A stretch of 63,990 nucleotides of DNA, counting the filler, from Vezdaea acicularis (taxonomy: Eukaryota): the NCBI GenBank assembly GCA_026025075.1. It is 4 parts of 4 records of this genome, joined end to end, with 100 filler letters (N's around TTAATTAATTAA, not from the genome) between each part and the next. Parts side by side here need not be neighbours in the genome. Positions count along the whole stretch, not along the records: positions 35,163 to 52,540 come from JAPEUI010000212.1; positions 52,641 to 63,990 come from JAPEUI010000251.1; 2 more parts are not named here. One strand, given 5' to 3'. Numbering within the stretch: the stretch's first letter is position 1; each line of letters begins with the position of its first letter. Positions 47,968-62,298 of the stretch are shown piece after piece. The notes below the pieces were generated by a model. It made no database searches. It was not told the DNA's origin and saw nothing but the letters and a program-made list of their open reading frames with translations. A program made the translations under genes and the position numbers.

Positions 47968-49241
47968 ATGGCTCCATTCGAGCCTTTCTTGGTCTTCACT
48001 ATCCCTTCCGTTCACGATGATACTGTCCTAGACGGTCGCATATATTGGCCAACCAGACCTAGGAAGAGCCTTGCTCACAGTGAGAATCAATCGGGAAAGG
48101 TCGGAGCTATTCTCGCCCATCCTTACGCACCTTTGGGTGGTAGCTACGATGATCCGGTCGTCCAAGCTGCGGGAGAGGAAGTTTTAGAGCAAGGTGTCTT
48201 CCTGTGTACTTTCAACTTTAGGTATGCACGGCCTTTTGAAACACCCATAGCTCTCAACTAATACCAGCCCCAAGAGGAGCAGGTGATTCCAAAGGCAGAA
48301 CAAGCTGGACCGCAAAGCCCGAGCTTTCAGACTATATCTCATTTGTCGGCTTTCTATTGTATTACCTACATTACCTCGATTCTCCGCCAGTAAGCCCGGA
48401 GCTAGAACATGAGAATGCTTTACAAGCTCCACTGAGCCCTATACGCTCCTCATTAGTCGTCGAGTCGTATGTGAAGCAGAATAGTAGCGATATACAGCTA
48501 ATTATCGGAGGATACTCGTACGGCTCGCTCATCTCAACTTATCTTCCTTCTATCGACAGCATGCTCGCTCGCTTTGCTAAGGCCGAAGAGGGTACGGCCG
48601 AAGCGGAAATTCGACGGCGTGCATTTCGTGTGGCGACCGAATACAATGACGAGAGCAAGCGGGCTAAAGAGTCACGTAGAGGCAGAACACCCAGAGCCTC
48701 CGAACTAAGCAGGAGCTCTTCCCGTCCTGTTGTCATCGGTGGAGAGGAGACCAATGCAGCAATCCGTCGACCGAGTCAAGACACACGGCGAAGCCGCGAC
48801 TCTCTCCGAAGAAGTTTTGACCGCGGGCGAAGTCATTGTGGCCGGACCCTCTCTCAAGCTGCTGGTGGCTCTGGCAGTAGTACACCAACAAAGGGGCCCT
48901 CCGATGGCCTTCCATTCCCTACACCCGCCGTTTGCTACCTACTGATATCCCCACTACTTCCTCCAATCTCTGGATTTTTGACTTTCTTCTCCGACATCGC
49001 ACGCAATGGCGAGGCAGGCCAAGCGCTTATCAAACACTCGACGCTCGCGATCTACGGCGATCAAGATGCGTTTACCACACAGAGGAAGTACCGGAAATGG
49101 GCGGAGTCGATGAAAGCGAAAAGCCAATCGAGATTCCACTTTCATGAGATCGCGCGTGCAGGGCATTTCTGGCACGAGAGAGGAGTCGAAACTCAACTAC
49201 GAAATTTTGTTCGGCTTTGGCTGCAGGATGTGATAAGTTGA
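47968..49241 (+). CDS. Alpha/beta hydrolase fold protein, 2 exons
   Basis: AHPYAPLGGSYDDPVV...TFNFR/GAG; GGYSYG nucleophile elbow; GDQD and AGHFW complete the putative triad. Confidence 0.88.
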
Positions 49242-50947
49242 AGTGGAGGGGGTTCCCTTGTAGCTCTATGAAGGATGTCCCCCGAAGCCTTGGCCACGAA
49301 GGCAGTGCCTATGCCTCGCTGGAGAAAGTTCTCAAACTGATAGGCCAGTTGCACCACCAACACCCCTCGACCCGAAACCCTATTCCCTCCTCCCTCTGCA
49401 CGTTTAACATCAAAAGCTCTTCCTTTTTCTCGTTGGACGGCAATGTGTGGGGTTCGCCAAGGTGCCCCACGGACATGGTTCGGTCCGGGCATCCGGCAGA
49501 TGCGCCCTAAGCGATGACCCCACGAATCATGAATGCCATCGCTGACGGCAAGGTTTTCGATCGAAGATGGGTTCTGTTGATGCATGCGTTTCTTCCAGAA
49601 CGAACAATGTGTCGAGTCCGTCGGGATTGGTATATCAAGCGACGCTGAGGGTGATAAACAGTCCCATGTCTGTTGGAAGACCCAGACCTCGCCATCGCTT
49701 AGATTATGGGACGTGCTGTTCCTCACGGCAGCTGACTACCGGGGCCCCCACCAGAAAACCCAACCCCATGCCCTCAGGTCGCCTCCTCCACCCCCCTCTC
49801 CCCCTCTCCTGTAGCCCCCCCTCCCCCCTCGTCAGTTCGCGGCACAGCCGAGATTCGAATAATCCGGGGTCAATGCCCCAGATTCTCATACTTCGGCGCT
49901 GCCCACGTCATTTCAAGAAGAGGGCGGAGAAACATCGGTTGGGTCAAATCAGACCGGGATCAGCGCGTGATCGATCGACCAGATCGATAGGGTTCAACGT
50001 TCCACCTATATTGCGAGGTGTACGGCGTGCACGACATGCACCCGACACCCATTCCAGAGGCGATGGCATCACCTGCGCCGTCCACATGTCAATCGCGCAA
50101 TATGACCCCCCCGGCCTGTCCCATTGACGGCTCGTAAAAAGATGGATAAATAAGAAATCTCATCCCCCACGCGAGCAGCTGATCGGCCCAATCGTCTGCT
50201 TGGGGCAACCGCGACGGATCGCGACTACCGTGGTTGGAAAGTGGTGGCAGGCGTGGTCATGTCGGTCGCAGGTGGTGGAGGCTCGATGGACGCTTGGAGG
50301 AGAGCTGAGGGCAGGCGCGAGCAGAGGCAGAGGCAGGGGATTGGCTGGAGAATGACATGTGGCAGGCGCTCCTTCCATTTGGGGGTCGTCCCCGGTCCCC
50401 TCGAGGACTCTTTTGGGAAGCCGCGCCCAGTCGGCCACCTTGTCTCGGTATCGCTCAGCCCATCTCTGGCTCGCCAATCTCGGCGCTTGGCGCTGCCTCC
50501 GTCACCTTGCAGCCCTTATGAGTTAGGACTCCGGCCCAACTTGCATCACTCGCCAAACTTTTTTCCTTCCGTCCCCCCCCTTCATCCCCGTTCTTTCCCC
50601 ATGCGTGCTCATTCATGACCTGGCCGTGCAGGCGTGAGGAGCCAAAGAGAGTCTCCCGTCACTATCCGCCTATCCCGCGTGACGATCGCTCGGGACGACG
50701 GTCCGCTAAGGAAAGCCCGCCCGCCCGCCACCGTTGTCCGGCCCAGCGACCGACCGCTCTCTCCGACACCGCCGTTTCCTAATCTGATGCTGCGTCACTC
50801 GACTATAATCAACTCCTTCGTTCACTTTCGTCCTTTTTCCAACTCTCCTTCGAATTTCCTTAAACTCTCCTTCGACTTACTTGACCGGAAAGCGTCCTTG
50901 CGCAGCACTTGCGCTCCCTCTCGTATGGCTCAAGCCTTTGGCTGACC

Positions 50948-52540
50948 ATGTCATTTTTCTCTAATACGACCCTCTTCCACCTCTCGTCCATCACGAATCC
51001 CCAACCGGACCGTAAAGCGGACGGAAAAGCCCAGACGCAAGCACCGCCATGGGGGATCCTTGGTGCACTCTCGCCGTTGATCGGCCTCATACAAAACCCC
51101 GTCGCTGTTGTCGGTAACGCGGTCGAGGGCCTAAGGGATGCCTCGATCAAGGAGGCGAGGGTGCAGCGAAACCTGATAGAAAATCAGAAGCAGATATATA
51201 CGATTCGGATGAAGACGGTGAGTCGTGACGGCGCTTCCCGACTTCGTCATTGTTAATGTGTTATAGGCGATGAGATACGACGAATGGCGGACCTCCGCGG
51301 AGGAGTTGGATCTCCTGAAGGGCAACGATAAATGGAAGGCCGATCCTGCCTCCTCAAATTGCGACACTCAATTGATCGAGTTCCGCTTGAAGCAGCTGGA
51401 TGAAGCCAGGGTCAACTGTGATATCAAGGAGATGCTCTTTCTCGTTCGAACGTCGCTAATGCGTGGATTGGGGGATATGGGCAACATCAATCTCTACAAC
51501 CACTCACACATCGGAACGAAGACTTTGATTGAGAGATACATCGCGTCAGCGAAAGAGACGATAGAGGTACTGGTGTCTCTATCAGCCGTACAGTGTCCGC
51601 CGGGCTTGGATTCGAAGCATATCCTCAACCAACTTCTGGCCGCGCGCCAAGCATTTGGAAGAAGTGCACTGCTACTTTCGGGCGGGGCGACCTTTGGCAT
51701 GAATCACGTAGGAGTCTTAAAAGCGTTGTGGGAAGCCAACCTTCTTCCTCGGATCATATCTGGAGCGTCCGCGGGTAGTATTGTTTGTGCCGTCGTCTGT
51801 ACTCATACCGACGAAGAGATTCCAGCGCTCTTGGAGCGTTTCCCATATGGCGATCTGGCCGTCTTCGAAAAAGCAGGAGATGAAGATACTCTTGTTCGAC
51901 GTGTGACGAGATTTTTGAAGTTTGGAGCGTGGATCGATATCTCTCACTTGACCAGAGTCATGCGAGAATTACTCGGCGATCTGACTTTTCAAGAGGCCTA
52001 TAATCGGACAAGGCGGATCTTGAATATCTGCGTGTCTAGCGCTAGCCTTTACGAGTTGCCGCGACTGTTAAACTATGTTACCGCTCCTAATGTCCTAATT
52101 TGGTCTGCTGTGTAAGCAACCACAGACCCCCTCCTTCCTTCAATGTGATGCTGACCAATGTAGCGCTGCTTCTTGCTCGGTCCCTTTCCTCTTTTCTGCC
52201 ACATCTCTGCTCGCGAAAGATCTGAAAACTGGTCTCCCCATACCGTGGAACCCTTCACCGCAGCGTTGGATAGACGGGTCCGTGGACAACGATCTTCCCA
52301 TGACTCGCCTAGCGGAGATGTTCAACGTCAATCATTTCATCGTTTCTCAGGTTAACCCGCATGTGGTTCCATTTCTCGCCAAAGAAGAGGAGGAGGAAGA
52401 GTCAAACCCTGCCGGCAGGTCTACTTGGTTGAACCTCGCAACGAACCTTGCCAAAAGCGAGGCCCTTTACCGCATGCACGTCCTCTCCGAGCTTGGCATA
52501 TTTCCTAATACTTTGACAAAGTTGCGATCGGTTCTCAGTC
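50948..52540 (+). CDS. TGL4: Patatin-like triacylglycerol lipase (Tgl4/Tgl5, DUF3336); start uncertain, 3' end truncated by linker
   Basis: FGRSALLLSGGATFG, ISGASAGS (GxSxG), WIDGSVDNDLP, FNVNHFIVSQVNPH. Confidence 0.9.
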
Positions 52541-52640
52541 NNNNNNNNNNNNNNNNNNNNNNNNNNNNNNNNNNNNNNNNNNNNTTAATTAATTAANNNN
52601 NNNNNNNNNNNNNNNNNNNNNNNNNNNNNNNNNNNNNNNN
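52541..52640. other. Artificial contig linker
   Basis: 44 N + TTAATTAATTAA + 44 N. Confidence 0.97.
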
Positions 52641-52797
52641 CGATTTTGATTTCAGCAACAGAGGGTATCTCATGAGCAATGTTCATGGCTGTGGGAAAGT
52701 ATTCCAAACCAGGATCGCCAAAATACAGCCTCCGTCCATACGAAGAACCTTGTAGACGCCGGCAATTGCAAACCGGCTATGCAACAAGAGGATATAG

Positions 52798-55700
52798 TTA
52801 CAAGTACAGAGACTGAGCGGCTACTATGTCCCTCCTGATCTTCTCAAGTGTCTCCTCAAACTTCTTTCGCAGCTCTTCGCTTCCCATGACCATTCCAGCC
52901 TGCGCCATTTGGCGGATAAGCTCCTCCAAGCGGCGAAAGAGGCGGATAAGGTTGCCCTCAAACTCGTCTGTCATTTTACTTCAAATAGTCAGAATATGTG
53001 GCACAAGGAGGAAGTTTATCTTACCAAATTTCAGCAAAGGGAGCGCCTTTAGCCCAGGCATAAACAACGTCCATGAGTTCCCATCTGAATCCCTCAACAT
53101 ACTTCTCCTCATTCAGCGTCAACTTGCTTTCCTGCGATACCTTTGCAATCTTGCGAGCTTCTGCTTGAATCTTTCTGTAGGGAGCGACCATCCTTTCTGA
53201 TAAAGGTTTCGCATCGCTGTTCCTACCTTCATAAACAAAGCAGCTCAAAGTAGCTGCACACATCTCTGGACTGAGATCGTTGAAAAATCGATCAAATAGC
53301 AACTCACTTAATACGAGCTCATCTCCAGTGCTAATCTCACAAGCGACTCTCGATTTGAGTTGGACTATATCAGCTTCATTTGTGAATTTGAGGCGACGAA
53401 GAACTCGTTTCCGGTTTTTGAGCTCGTCAAGGTGCATGATAGCAAGAGCGGAAGCTATTTTCTGCTTGATCTCTTTGATTTTTTCTTTTAGCTTAAGCTT
53501 TCCCACATATTGGTCGTAAAGTTCAGGTAGACGCGGTGAATTATGGAGTGGGTTTGCCAGGAGACGCGATTCATAAACTTCTATCTTTCGCAATATTGAT
53601 TTGAAATGGTCGTCTGAAATCCCCATATTCTCCACAGGATCAAGAATGGCGATGCCGTCGGGAAATCTGCGTTTTGCCTCATCAAGTGCTTTCTTTGCCG
53701 TAAGACGACTTTCCGGAGTCCTAAGGTCTGGGGGAATAAAGAGCCGAAGGGACCCGATCACATCAACTGCGGACAGCATAACGGGAACGACCTCTAAACG
53801 CTCCTTTTCTCCGGGTACGGGCGGATATATCCCGGGTGGAAGGTCTTGATATACTTGGGTTGGCACTACAGATCGGTCGGCAACAGCAAGTAGGACATGA
53901 AGAACGTAGGCTTCTGATGGTTTTAACGGAGGTCCATTCTTGGTCGGACGCCGCTCTTTAAAGTCTACCACGGCAGCCCAGCCAAAATCGTAGTCTTTGT
54001 ATTTGATAGTGACGAGCCGACCAGGTTGCATGAATTGTAGACAATTATTGGGGTGCGTAATTACTTTTCGCATGTCGGCTGCCAATTTGTCAATATCACG
54101 CCTTAACCTGTAGTACTCGGCAATTGTCGATTCATCTGGTATGGAAACCAATGATTTTTCGTTCTCTAGCTCGTGGAGTTCTTTGTGCTTCATTAGCTAG
54201 GAACATTGGACAGTGCCTCAAGCGCAGCTTACCTTTCTCAAGACCTGACACGCTGGCCGTATTCTGGAATTGATAGAAGCAGTGCTCCAACATAAACTCC
54301 GGAGATATTTCTTCGACCCTTAGAAGGTTCAAAATCATGTTATAGCCCAGGTAGAATGCAGAGTTCAGTTTATCTTGCTCTCCTCGAACAATAGTTTTTG
54401 CGTCTTCTGGCTCCATTTTCTCTTCGATCATCATGATGACCATACCACGATCATCGAGACCTCTTCTGCCCGCACGTCCAGACATTTGAATGAATTCTGA
54501 TGGTGTGATGTTTCTCATTGAAGTGCCGTCGAACTTGCGGACACTGGTGAAAACCACCGTTTTCGCTGGCATGTTTAGACCAATGGAGAAAGTCTCTGTA
54601 GCGAAAAGAACCTTAATAAGCCCTTCCTGGAAGAGGATCTCAATGGTTTCCTTCAGCAAGGGGAGTAGACCACCATGATGGATGCCAATCCCTCTTCTTA
54701 GTAAAGGTAAAAGATGCTGGATTTGTGGTAATTTCCTATCCTCATCCGAGAGCATTTCCGTGGCGCTATTGAAGACTTTCTCCACCATTGCCTTCTCTGA
54801 GTCGTCATTGAATGCTAGAGAGCTCATCTTCAGGGCGTAAGCTTCGCATTCTCGTTTTGCAAAACTGAAGACAATAACAGGGTTAAAATTCTTCAGCATT
54901 ATCATCTTTACAAGCTTGTAGATATCAGACGAGCCTCTCTTTTCGCTACCTTTGTTAATTCTCTTGTCTTTTCCTCTGCCTTTCTGCTTTGCATTGATGT
55001 CCCCTGGGTCGTCGCCATGCGTTTCTGCAATAGAAGTCATAGCTTTTCGGAAGTTATCTTCGTGAAAGGACCCCTTTTCATCAACAATTAGATGAATTCC
55101 ATCCGCACCTGCAGGAAAGAAATAGTGTTGTAGCGGTGTTGGTCTAAAGTCTGTGTAAACAACATGACAGGGCTGGACGTGAGTCTTTGTGACCCACTCA
55201 GCAAACTGCATGGCGTTGGGAATTGTGGCTGAGAGGAAAACGAATCGGACTTTGTCAGGGAGTAAAATGATCGTTTCTTCCCAGACTACTCCACGAATAG
55301 GATCTCGCATGTAGTGTATCTCATCGAAAACTACCCATGCCATTTCTCGCATAATCTCGGACCCTCTATAGAGCATATGTCGAAGAATCTGACAGAGTTA
55401 GCCCCTGATACCATCTTTCTTCAGCATCAAGGTCTATTACCTCAGTTGTCATGACTAGGCATGTGGCCGTGGGATTGATAGTGACATCTCCCGTCATAAG
55501 ACCCACGTCTCCAAATTCAGCCGAAAACTCACGGTATTTTTGGTTGCTAAGAGCCTTGATTGGACTTGTATATATGATACGCTGGTTATTTTTTAAACAT
55601 TGTGCAATAGCATATTCCGCAACTACAGTTTTCCCGGCACTTGTATGGGCAGACACAAGCACACTCTCTCCATGCTCAATTGCTGCTATTGCGACTTGCT

Positions 55701-56184
55701 GAAATGGGTCTAAAGTGAATGGATAAGTCCTTGCAGGAGTTTCGGGGGGCTTGCGCTCATTTATTGGAATGTATTCGTAATCTGGCGGTAGAGAAACTTG
55801 ATGACGGACTTGGTGCTGCAGCACAAGAGTCGTGCCATCGGCTGGTCCCTGAAGACCTGCAGCCGCAGCGACTTCCCGAGACTGTTCGGTATTGAAGCTA
55901 TCTGTAACGATTGGCTCAGGTTCAAGGTCGTGACGTTGGCGTTTTGGAGTTGGTTGTCCCTCCACATCTCCGTCATTCTCTGATATATCTCTCTTTGCTG
56001 GCTTGAACGAATTGTCTTCCCCATTAACGTCCCCGTTTCGCAAGCCTGTTTCCGTTTGCTTAACATCACCATTCGGTTGTCTTTTTTTGGTCTTTAAGTT
56101 AGGCTTCTTTGATTTTGAGAATGATTCTGTGGTGTTCGGAGACGCCGTTTCGTCTTCGAAAACGTCAAAGAGGTCGTTATCCAT
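52798..56184 (-). CDS. MTR4: Ski2-like DExH RNA helicase Mtr4/Dob1, 4 exons
   Basis: [42 protein letters not shown], arch/KOW region; ends [11 protein letters not shown]. Confidence 0.96.
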
Positions 56185-56463
56185 AGTGAAGCCTTCACTT
56201 CCCTGGCAAGCACTTGTGGGAAAGGCGGGAAAACTGTGAAGGGTTGTAAATAAACAGTTCGGCCAATTGCTTTACAGCCACAGCGAGCAGTCGAGATAAT
56301 TAAGCGAGTCTTGGCAGCTGCGGCGATGCTCACCTTTGGAGTGAAAACACCCTTCAGCATTACAGCATCGTTAAACAGGGAATTACCTTTTTGTGGAGCG
56401 CCTATTACATGCGAAGGTACGTTAAGTTTTCAATGACTTCGAGATGTCTTCTAAAAACGCTAG

Positions 56464-56811
56464 ATGTCGTCTCGCACTGCGTTACGCGCATTTCCAGCAA
56501 ACTCCCTTACTGCTCGTCGGGGATTTCACTCAACCGGGGCAAACCTCAGCAGTCCATTCCATTATCCAGAAGGCCCACGAAGCAATATCCCGTTCAACCC
56601 CCTGACAAAATGGTTTGCAGTTAGATACTGGGGTTTTATGGGTATGTCCGAAGCCTCGTGTCTGAATTTCTGGTTCTAATGGTCACTCTAGCGGTTGGAT
56701 TTGGTTTGCCCTTTGGCGTTGCTGGTAAGGCAACCCTTAACCTGCACCTCTTTTTATACACTTTGGGCTCATCAAATCTTTACAGTATGGCAAACAAAGA
56801 AGAACAAATGA
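56464..56811 (+). CDS. COX8: Cytochrome c oxidase subunit VIIc (yeast Cox8), 3 exons
   Basis: Mitochondrial presequence, then HYPEGPRSNIPF...YWGFM/AVGFGLPFGVA/VWQTKKNK*. Confidence 0.92.
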
Positions 56812-57167
56812 TGCAGTAGTGAAGGGTATTGGGGGGGCGTGGGAAGAACCTGAAGTCACATTATCCGTGGCGCTGCCACCTGTACATCATTCTGAGAGAC
56901 CGGCAGCGATTGGTACCCACTTGTATATTGCAAATCCTGAGATAATGCTCCAAACCTTCGTCAAAGTCCATGCCTGCTGCCTTGCGCTTGTCTGAAGTGC
57001 GTGTTGAAGGCGACGAGCCGGCGCACCCGTAAAAGCTCGAATGAGTCGTAAATCTTTGAATGTCCACCAAATTTCTTGTTGAAAAAACGCAGAATTGTCT
57101 CATTTTTCTCGCACAGTCTTTCCAGGTAATTTCTAGTCAGATGTGTTGGCTATGAGCGCGAGACGAA

Positions 57168-60100
57168 ATGCGTAACCTCAAAATTATTAGTTGGGTAGAG
57201 TCTTCGATTGTAGAAGATATTCCAATAACGGCGACTGCGTGGGATACTTCGTCAACAGATATAATTTTCACATGTGGCCCGACGCCTGAAAGAGCAGTGA
57301 TAAGCCTCAAGCGCTCAAAGCTGCAAGAGAATATACCGACTAGCAATAAATTTCAAGATAACACGTCTTTTGCAGGAAAAGTACAAACTTTGGCAACCTG
57401 GGATGCTCCATGCCCACTTCCGGATCTGGCATGCGACAGAATTCTTACTCTGTACTACTTCTCTGAGGACCAAACAACTTGTATTGTCTTGGAGGGTGGT
57501 GATGTGGTAGTTGTCCGAGAGAACGCAAATTCCAAAAATGATAAGATTGAAATTGTGGGCTCAGTTGATGCCGGTATCACCGCTGCGGCCTGGTCTCCAG
57601 ATGAAGCGCTCTTGGCTATTAGCACAAGGGAAGACACCTTCCTTTTTATGACTCGCGACTATGACAACCTATCGGATCTTAAGTGTTCCCCAGAGGATTT
57701 GAAGATATCTAAACACGTCTCTGTCGGCTGGGGAAAGGCAGAGACACAATTCAAGGGGAAGAGGGCGAAAGCTCTCCGGGACCCAACGATACCAGAGAAG
57801 ATTGACGAGGGCCTCCAAAGCTCTTGCGATGATGGGGCTGCGGTCATCTCATGGCGTGGTGATGGAGCCTTCGTCGCACTTTCGACGCTTGACCCGAACA
57901 GGGGGCGAGTCATCAGGGTCTATTCTAGGGAAGGGGCCCTTGATAGTGTTAGTGAGCCTGTTGACAGGCTTGAAGGTGCCTTGAGCTGGAGACCAGCAGG
58001 TAATCTTATAGCAAGCGTTCAAAGAAGTCCAGACAGTGCGAATGTTGTTTTCTTTGAGAGAAACGGTCTACGACATGGCCAATTCTCACTGCGACTCACA
58101 GAAGATGACCTAAAAGGTTGGGCCCGGAATGTTACTTTGTCCTGGAACATTGACTCATCCGTCCTTGCTGTGACCTATCTCGACCGGGTACAACTCTGGA
58201 CAATGGGGAATTATCATTACTATTTGAAGCAGGAGGTCCCTTTGACGGGTGCTTTGGAGTTGGATTCGATTAAGAGACTTATTTGGCATCCTGAAAAGCC
58301 ATTTCAATTTGCTTTCTATTCGGGCAGTAAGTCTACATACTTTGTTCTCTTCTTACCGAGTAAATTTATAACATGATTGCTAGAGAGAATTATCCGACTT
58401 GAATTTGAATTTGCTATAATCCGAGGGCCAAGCTCCCCTCCTCACGATCATGGTACAGTCGCTGTGATTGATGGAAGTAAGCGCCTACAAATATATGACC
58501 ATTGGATATCACTGATTTCATTAGAGGTACTTAAGCTTTCTCACCTTCGTTATGCGAATGTACCTCCCCCAATGGCCTGCAACGAGATCGAGTTTCACTC
58601 TACAATTGTAGATGCTGCTGTCAGTCAGGACGGACTTTTGTTAGCCGTACTTCTACGGAGAACTGTGCGCATCTTTAGAATGAGACCGAAGGCTGTATCT
58701 AAGCTCTCTGTGTTCCCCCTTGCAGATAATGATATTGGAGAGAATTCAACAGAAACACGCAGGATCCGACTTTGCTTCGCTGGCAATTCAAAATTGATTG
58801 TGTCTTTTCTGACGACAACTGAATCAACAGTGTGTGTATATTCAATCGCACCCGATGCGAATGCAAAGATGATGTTGAATGAATGGTCTAAAGTCATACC
58901 TATGAGTGTTACTCATCTTCTAATGGGCCCTGCTTCTGAGGATTTTCACGTCGTGTCAGGCTATGCTACTTCGACAATACATACAGGTAGATGGGAGAAT
59001 GGAAAATTGAGCCTGGGTGATCCAGTTTCATTCCCATCGAGATGCAGCTGGGTCGAGACGGTAAAATGGAAAGACCAGGTATGGAAGATACCTCTCATGG
59101 CTAACGAATACCCGGGCTTAACCTCTCCATCTAGCTGCTGGTATTTGGCTTGACGTCTGCAGGCGTCCTGTACGCAAATGAGAGAATTTTGACCAGGAAC
59201 TGTACTTCTTTCCTTGTCGCTCCATCTCATATCATCCTCACAACGGCCCAGCATCTGCTCAAATTCGTACACATTGATGAAGTCAATGGTTTGTCTTCTA
59301 TTTCCCGACCATTAGAATGACCATTGATTTTTTGTAGCACTTGAAGTGCCGTCAGACAGCCCAGAGACCGATGAGAGATGTCGTACTATCGAAAGAGGGG
59401 CGAAATTGGTTACTGTGGTGCCGAGCAATTTCTCTCTGACGCTCCAAATGCCAAGAGGTAATCTCGAGACAATATTTCCGCGGGCATTGGTCCTTGCAGG
59501 TATTCGGCGAAGTATATCAGCAACGGATTACAAGACGGCGTTCTTCACATGTCGTAATCACAGAGTGGACATGAACATTCTGCATGATTATGACAGTAAA
59601 CAGTTTATGGGTTGCATCGGTCTGTTCATTGAGCAAGTTCCGAAAAGTGAACATATTGATCTCTTCCTGTCCTCCTTAAGGTAAGGAAGCCCATCACGTC
59701 CTGGAACCCGTCTGACAAGTCTTAGGGAAGAAGACGTTACTCAGACTATGTATCAAAACACTCTGCACGCTATGCCAGACTTAGAACGGACTGCCGTTTT
59801 AGCGAATGGTTACGAGGTCAAGGAAGCAGCATCAGCCGACCAAGGGAAACCCTCTAAAGTCAACCGAATTTGCGATGGTTTTCTCGATGCTTTAAAACAT
59901 AAAAGTGTAACGAATCTTCATAGTATTATTACGGCTCACGTTTGCAAATCGCCACCTGATCTGGATGCTGGTCTACTAGCTGTAAATAACCTTCTAGGTA
60001 ATCACCAGGCGCCCTCTGCTCTCTTGTAGTGCTAATTTTGAGTAGTCGAAGAATCCGAGGACGCGGAAAGAGCATTAGAGCATCTTTGCTTCTTAGCAGA

Positions 60101-61486
60101 TGTGAACAGGCTGTATCATAGTGCCTTAGGTCTGTACAACCTCAATCTAGCCTTGGAGGTGGCTCAAAAATCGCAAATGGTAACCTCCCGGTTTTTGTAT
60201 AGTCTCCAGGGCACTCTTACTCACACATTTAGGATCCGCGAGAATATCTCCCGTTCCTACAAAATCTAGAAGACATGCCCGAAGGGCGGCGAAGACTTAC
60301 GATCGACGACCACTTGGGGTATCATGAGAAGGCTATCTCACACCTCCATCAAATGAAGGCTCACGAGGAGCTCAAGGAATATACTGTCAAACACAAGCTA
60401 TACTTAGCTGCTCTACGTCTCTACCGATATGATGAGGAGCAACTTAACGCCACAACGCACCTCTATGCCATCTATCTCGAGAAGGATTCCCAATTCTATG
60501 AGGCTGGTCTAGCATTTGAGTTTCTGAATTTATATGCAGAGGCATCGGAGGCGTATCGGGCAGCCGGTAATTGGCGCGAATGCCTCTTTTGTGCTTCCCA
60601 GACATCTATGTCCAGTTCAGAACGAGAGGGACTGGCCAGTGCCCTAGCCAACGTACTATACGAGGCGAAAGACTATCCAAGCGCTGCAACTATCTATTTG
60701 GAATATAAGAACGACGTCGAGGCAGCTACCCGCTCTTTATGTAAGGGTTACTACTTCGCCGAAGCGATGCGCATTCTCAGTGTACGCGACCGCTTGGATT
60801 TGCTCGAGCCGATCATCGATATGGGCATGACGGAAGGCCTTGGGAGCAGCACTGAGTTTCTGGCTGAGTGTAAGGGACAGCTACAAGCACAGGTGCCTAG
60901 ACTTCGCGAGCTACGCGCCAAGAAGGAAGAAGATCCGTTGAACTTCTATGACGCGCCTGCCAACCCCGACGCCGATATCCCTGATGATGTCTCTATCGCT
61001 CCTTCTGCCCTATCTACGTCAGGAGGGTCCCTTCTTACGCGATACACTGGTCGCAACGATGGGTCGACGCTTGCTACTAATACATCTCGGCGCACGTCTA
61101 AGAACGCTCGGCGTGAGGAGAGAAAGAGAGCGAGAGGGAAGAAAGGCAGTGTTTACGAGGAAGAATATCTAGTCAATAGCATCAGGCGGTTGATCGAGCG
61201 GGTAAGCGGCACGAAAGATGAAGTGAAGAGGCTAGTCGCAGGCTTGGTGAGGAGGGGAATGAGAGAAAGAGCTAGAGCAGTCGAAGACGCCATGAAAGAA
61301 GTCACGAGCCTCTGCCAAGCTTGCCTGGACGAGGTCTTTGGTGAAGAGAGAATGGTTGAAGCGGAGAAAGTTGAAGGTATCAGTGGGGCGGACAGGGTAT
61401 TTGCGGAAGGAATGCGCGAGAAAGAAAAAAGGGGTCAGCGGCCTGTGGTCGAACTTTTCGAGAGGCTGACTCTATTGGAGGCTTAG
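57168..61486 (+). CDS. ELP1: Elongator complex protein 1 (Iki3/Elp1), multi-exon
   Basis: MRNL start; SVGWGKAETQFKGK; ISWRGDG; FFERNGLRHG; NYHYYLKQ; LQMPRGNLETIFPR; DPREYLPFL; RREERKRARGKKGSVYEEEYLVNS. Confidence 0.96.
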
Positions 61487-62298
61487 GGCATTAGCAAACA
61501 AAAAAACTGACTCCAAAGAATCTTGATGACACTCAAGAAGTTGCAATAAGCTTACAAACATCTCCGGGAATGTTCAGATTGAGTCGCCCATGCATGGAGG
61601 GGAATGGTCGAGATGAGAAGATTTCAGTCGAAGTAAGTGTTCAGCTCTGTAGGGTTTCTGCACGGTCGTGATGTTTGCAGAGGCGGTAGTAGGGGGAGGG
61701 AGGGGGGAAAGGGGGAGCGAGTACCCCCCTTCCCTTTTCCTCTGCCCTGTCTGTTTTGCCACCTTCATGTCCCTTGCGCCGCGGACCCTGCGATTTGCGC
61801 CCCCCCTCACTCTCCTCTTCTCTCCTATGTATTCCTCACCACTCCCACCCTCATTTTCTGTCGGATACAGTATATACGCCTTATCACTTCACCTTACGCC
61901 GTTGGTGCGTCTAGCCACGCAGCTGGATCCGGCTAGTAGTTCCCACCATTCACATGCCTCCCCACCCCTCCATCTCCGACCCGGATTTGAGGTTCATCTC
62001 AGCCGCACAGCATTGCTTGCCTGTGGTATAATTCTCAGCCTTGCGGCCTTTGCTCTATATAACAAGGCTCGCGCTCCCGGCAACATTCTACCTCCTTTCC
62101 TCAGTCGATGCGTTTACGCTGCATAAACACAAGCTTGAGGTCTTGCGCTTCGGATGGTCAGCTTTGAGCTTCATTTCTGGCTCGACTTTCTCTCACCCGC
62201 CGCGTCGAAGGGCGTATTCAACGATCCTACTACATACGAGCGTGACCGCCCCACCAGGCCCCCTCCAACCAACCCCCCATCCCTCCTCACATCCAGCC

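Noticed and set aside
43676..52540. Possible metabolic cluster (methyltransferase, ALDH, hydrolase, lipase)
   Set aside because: All are widely conserved housekeeping orthologues; no backbone enzyme, transporter or pathway-specific regulator is present.
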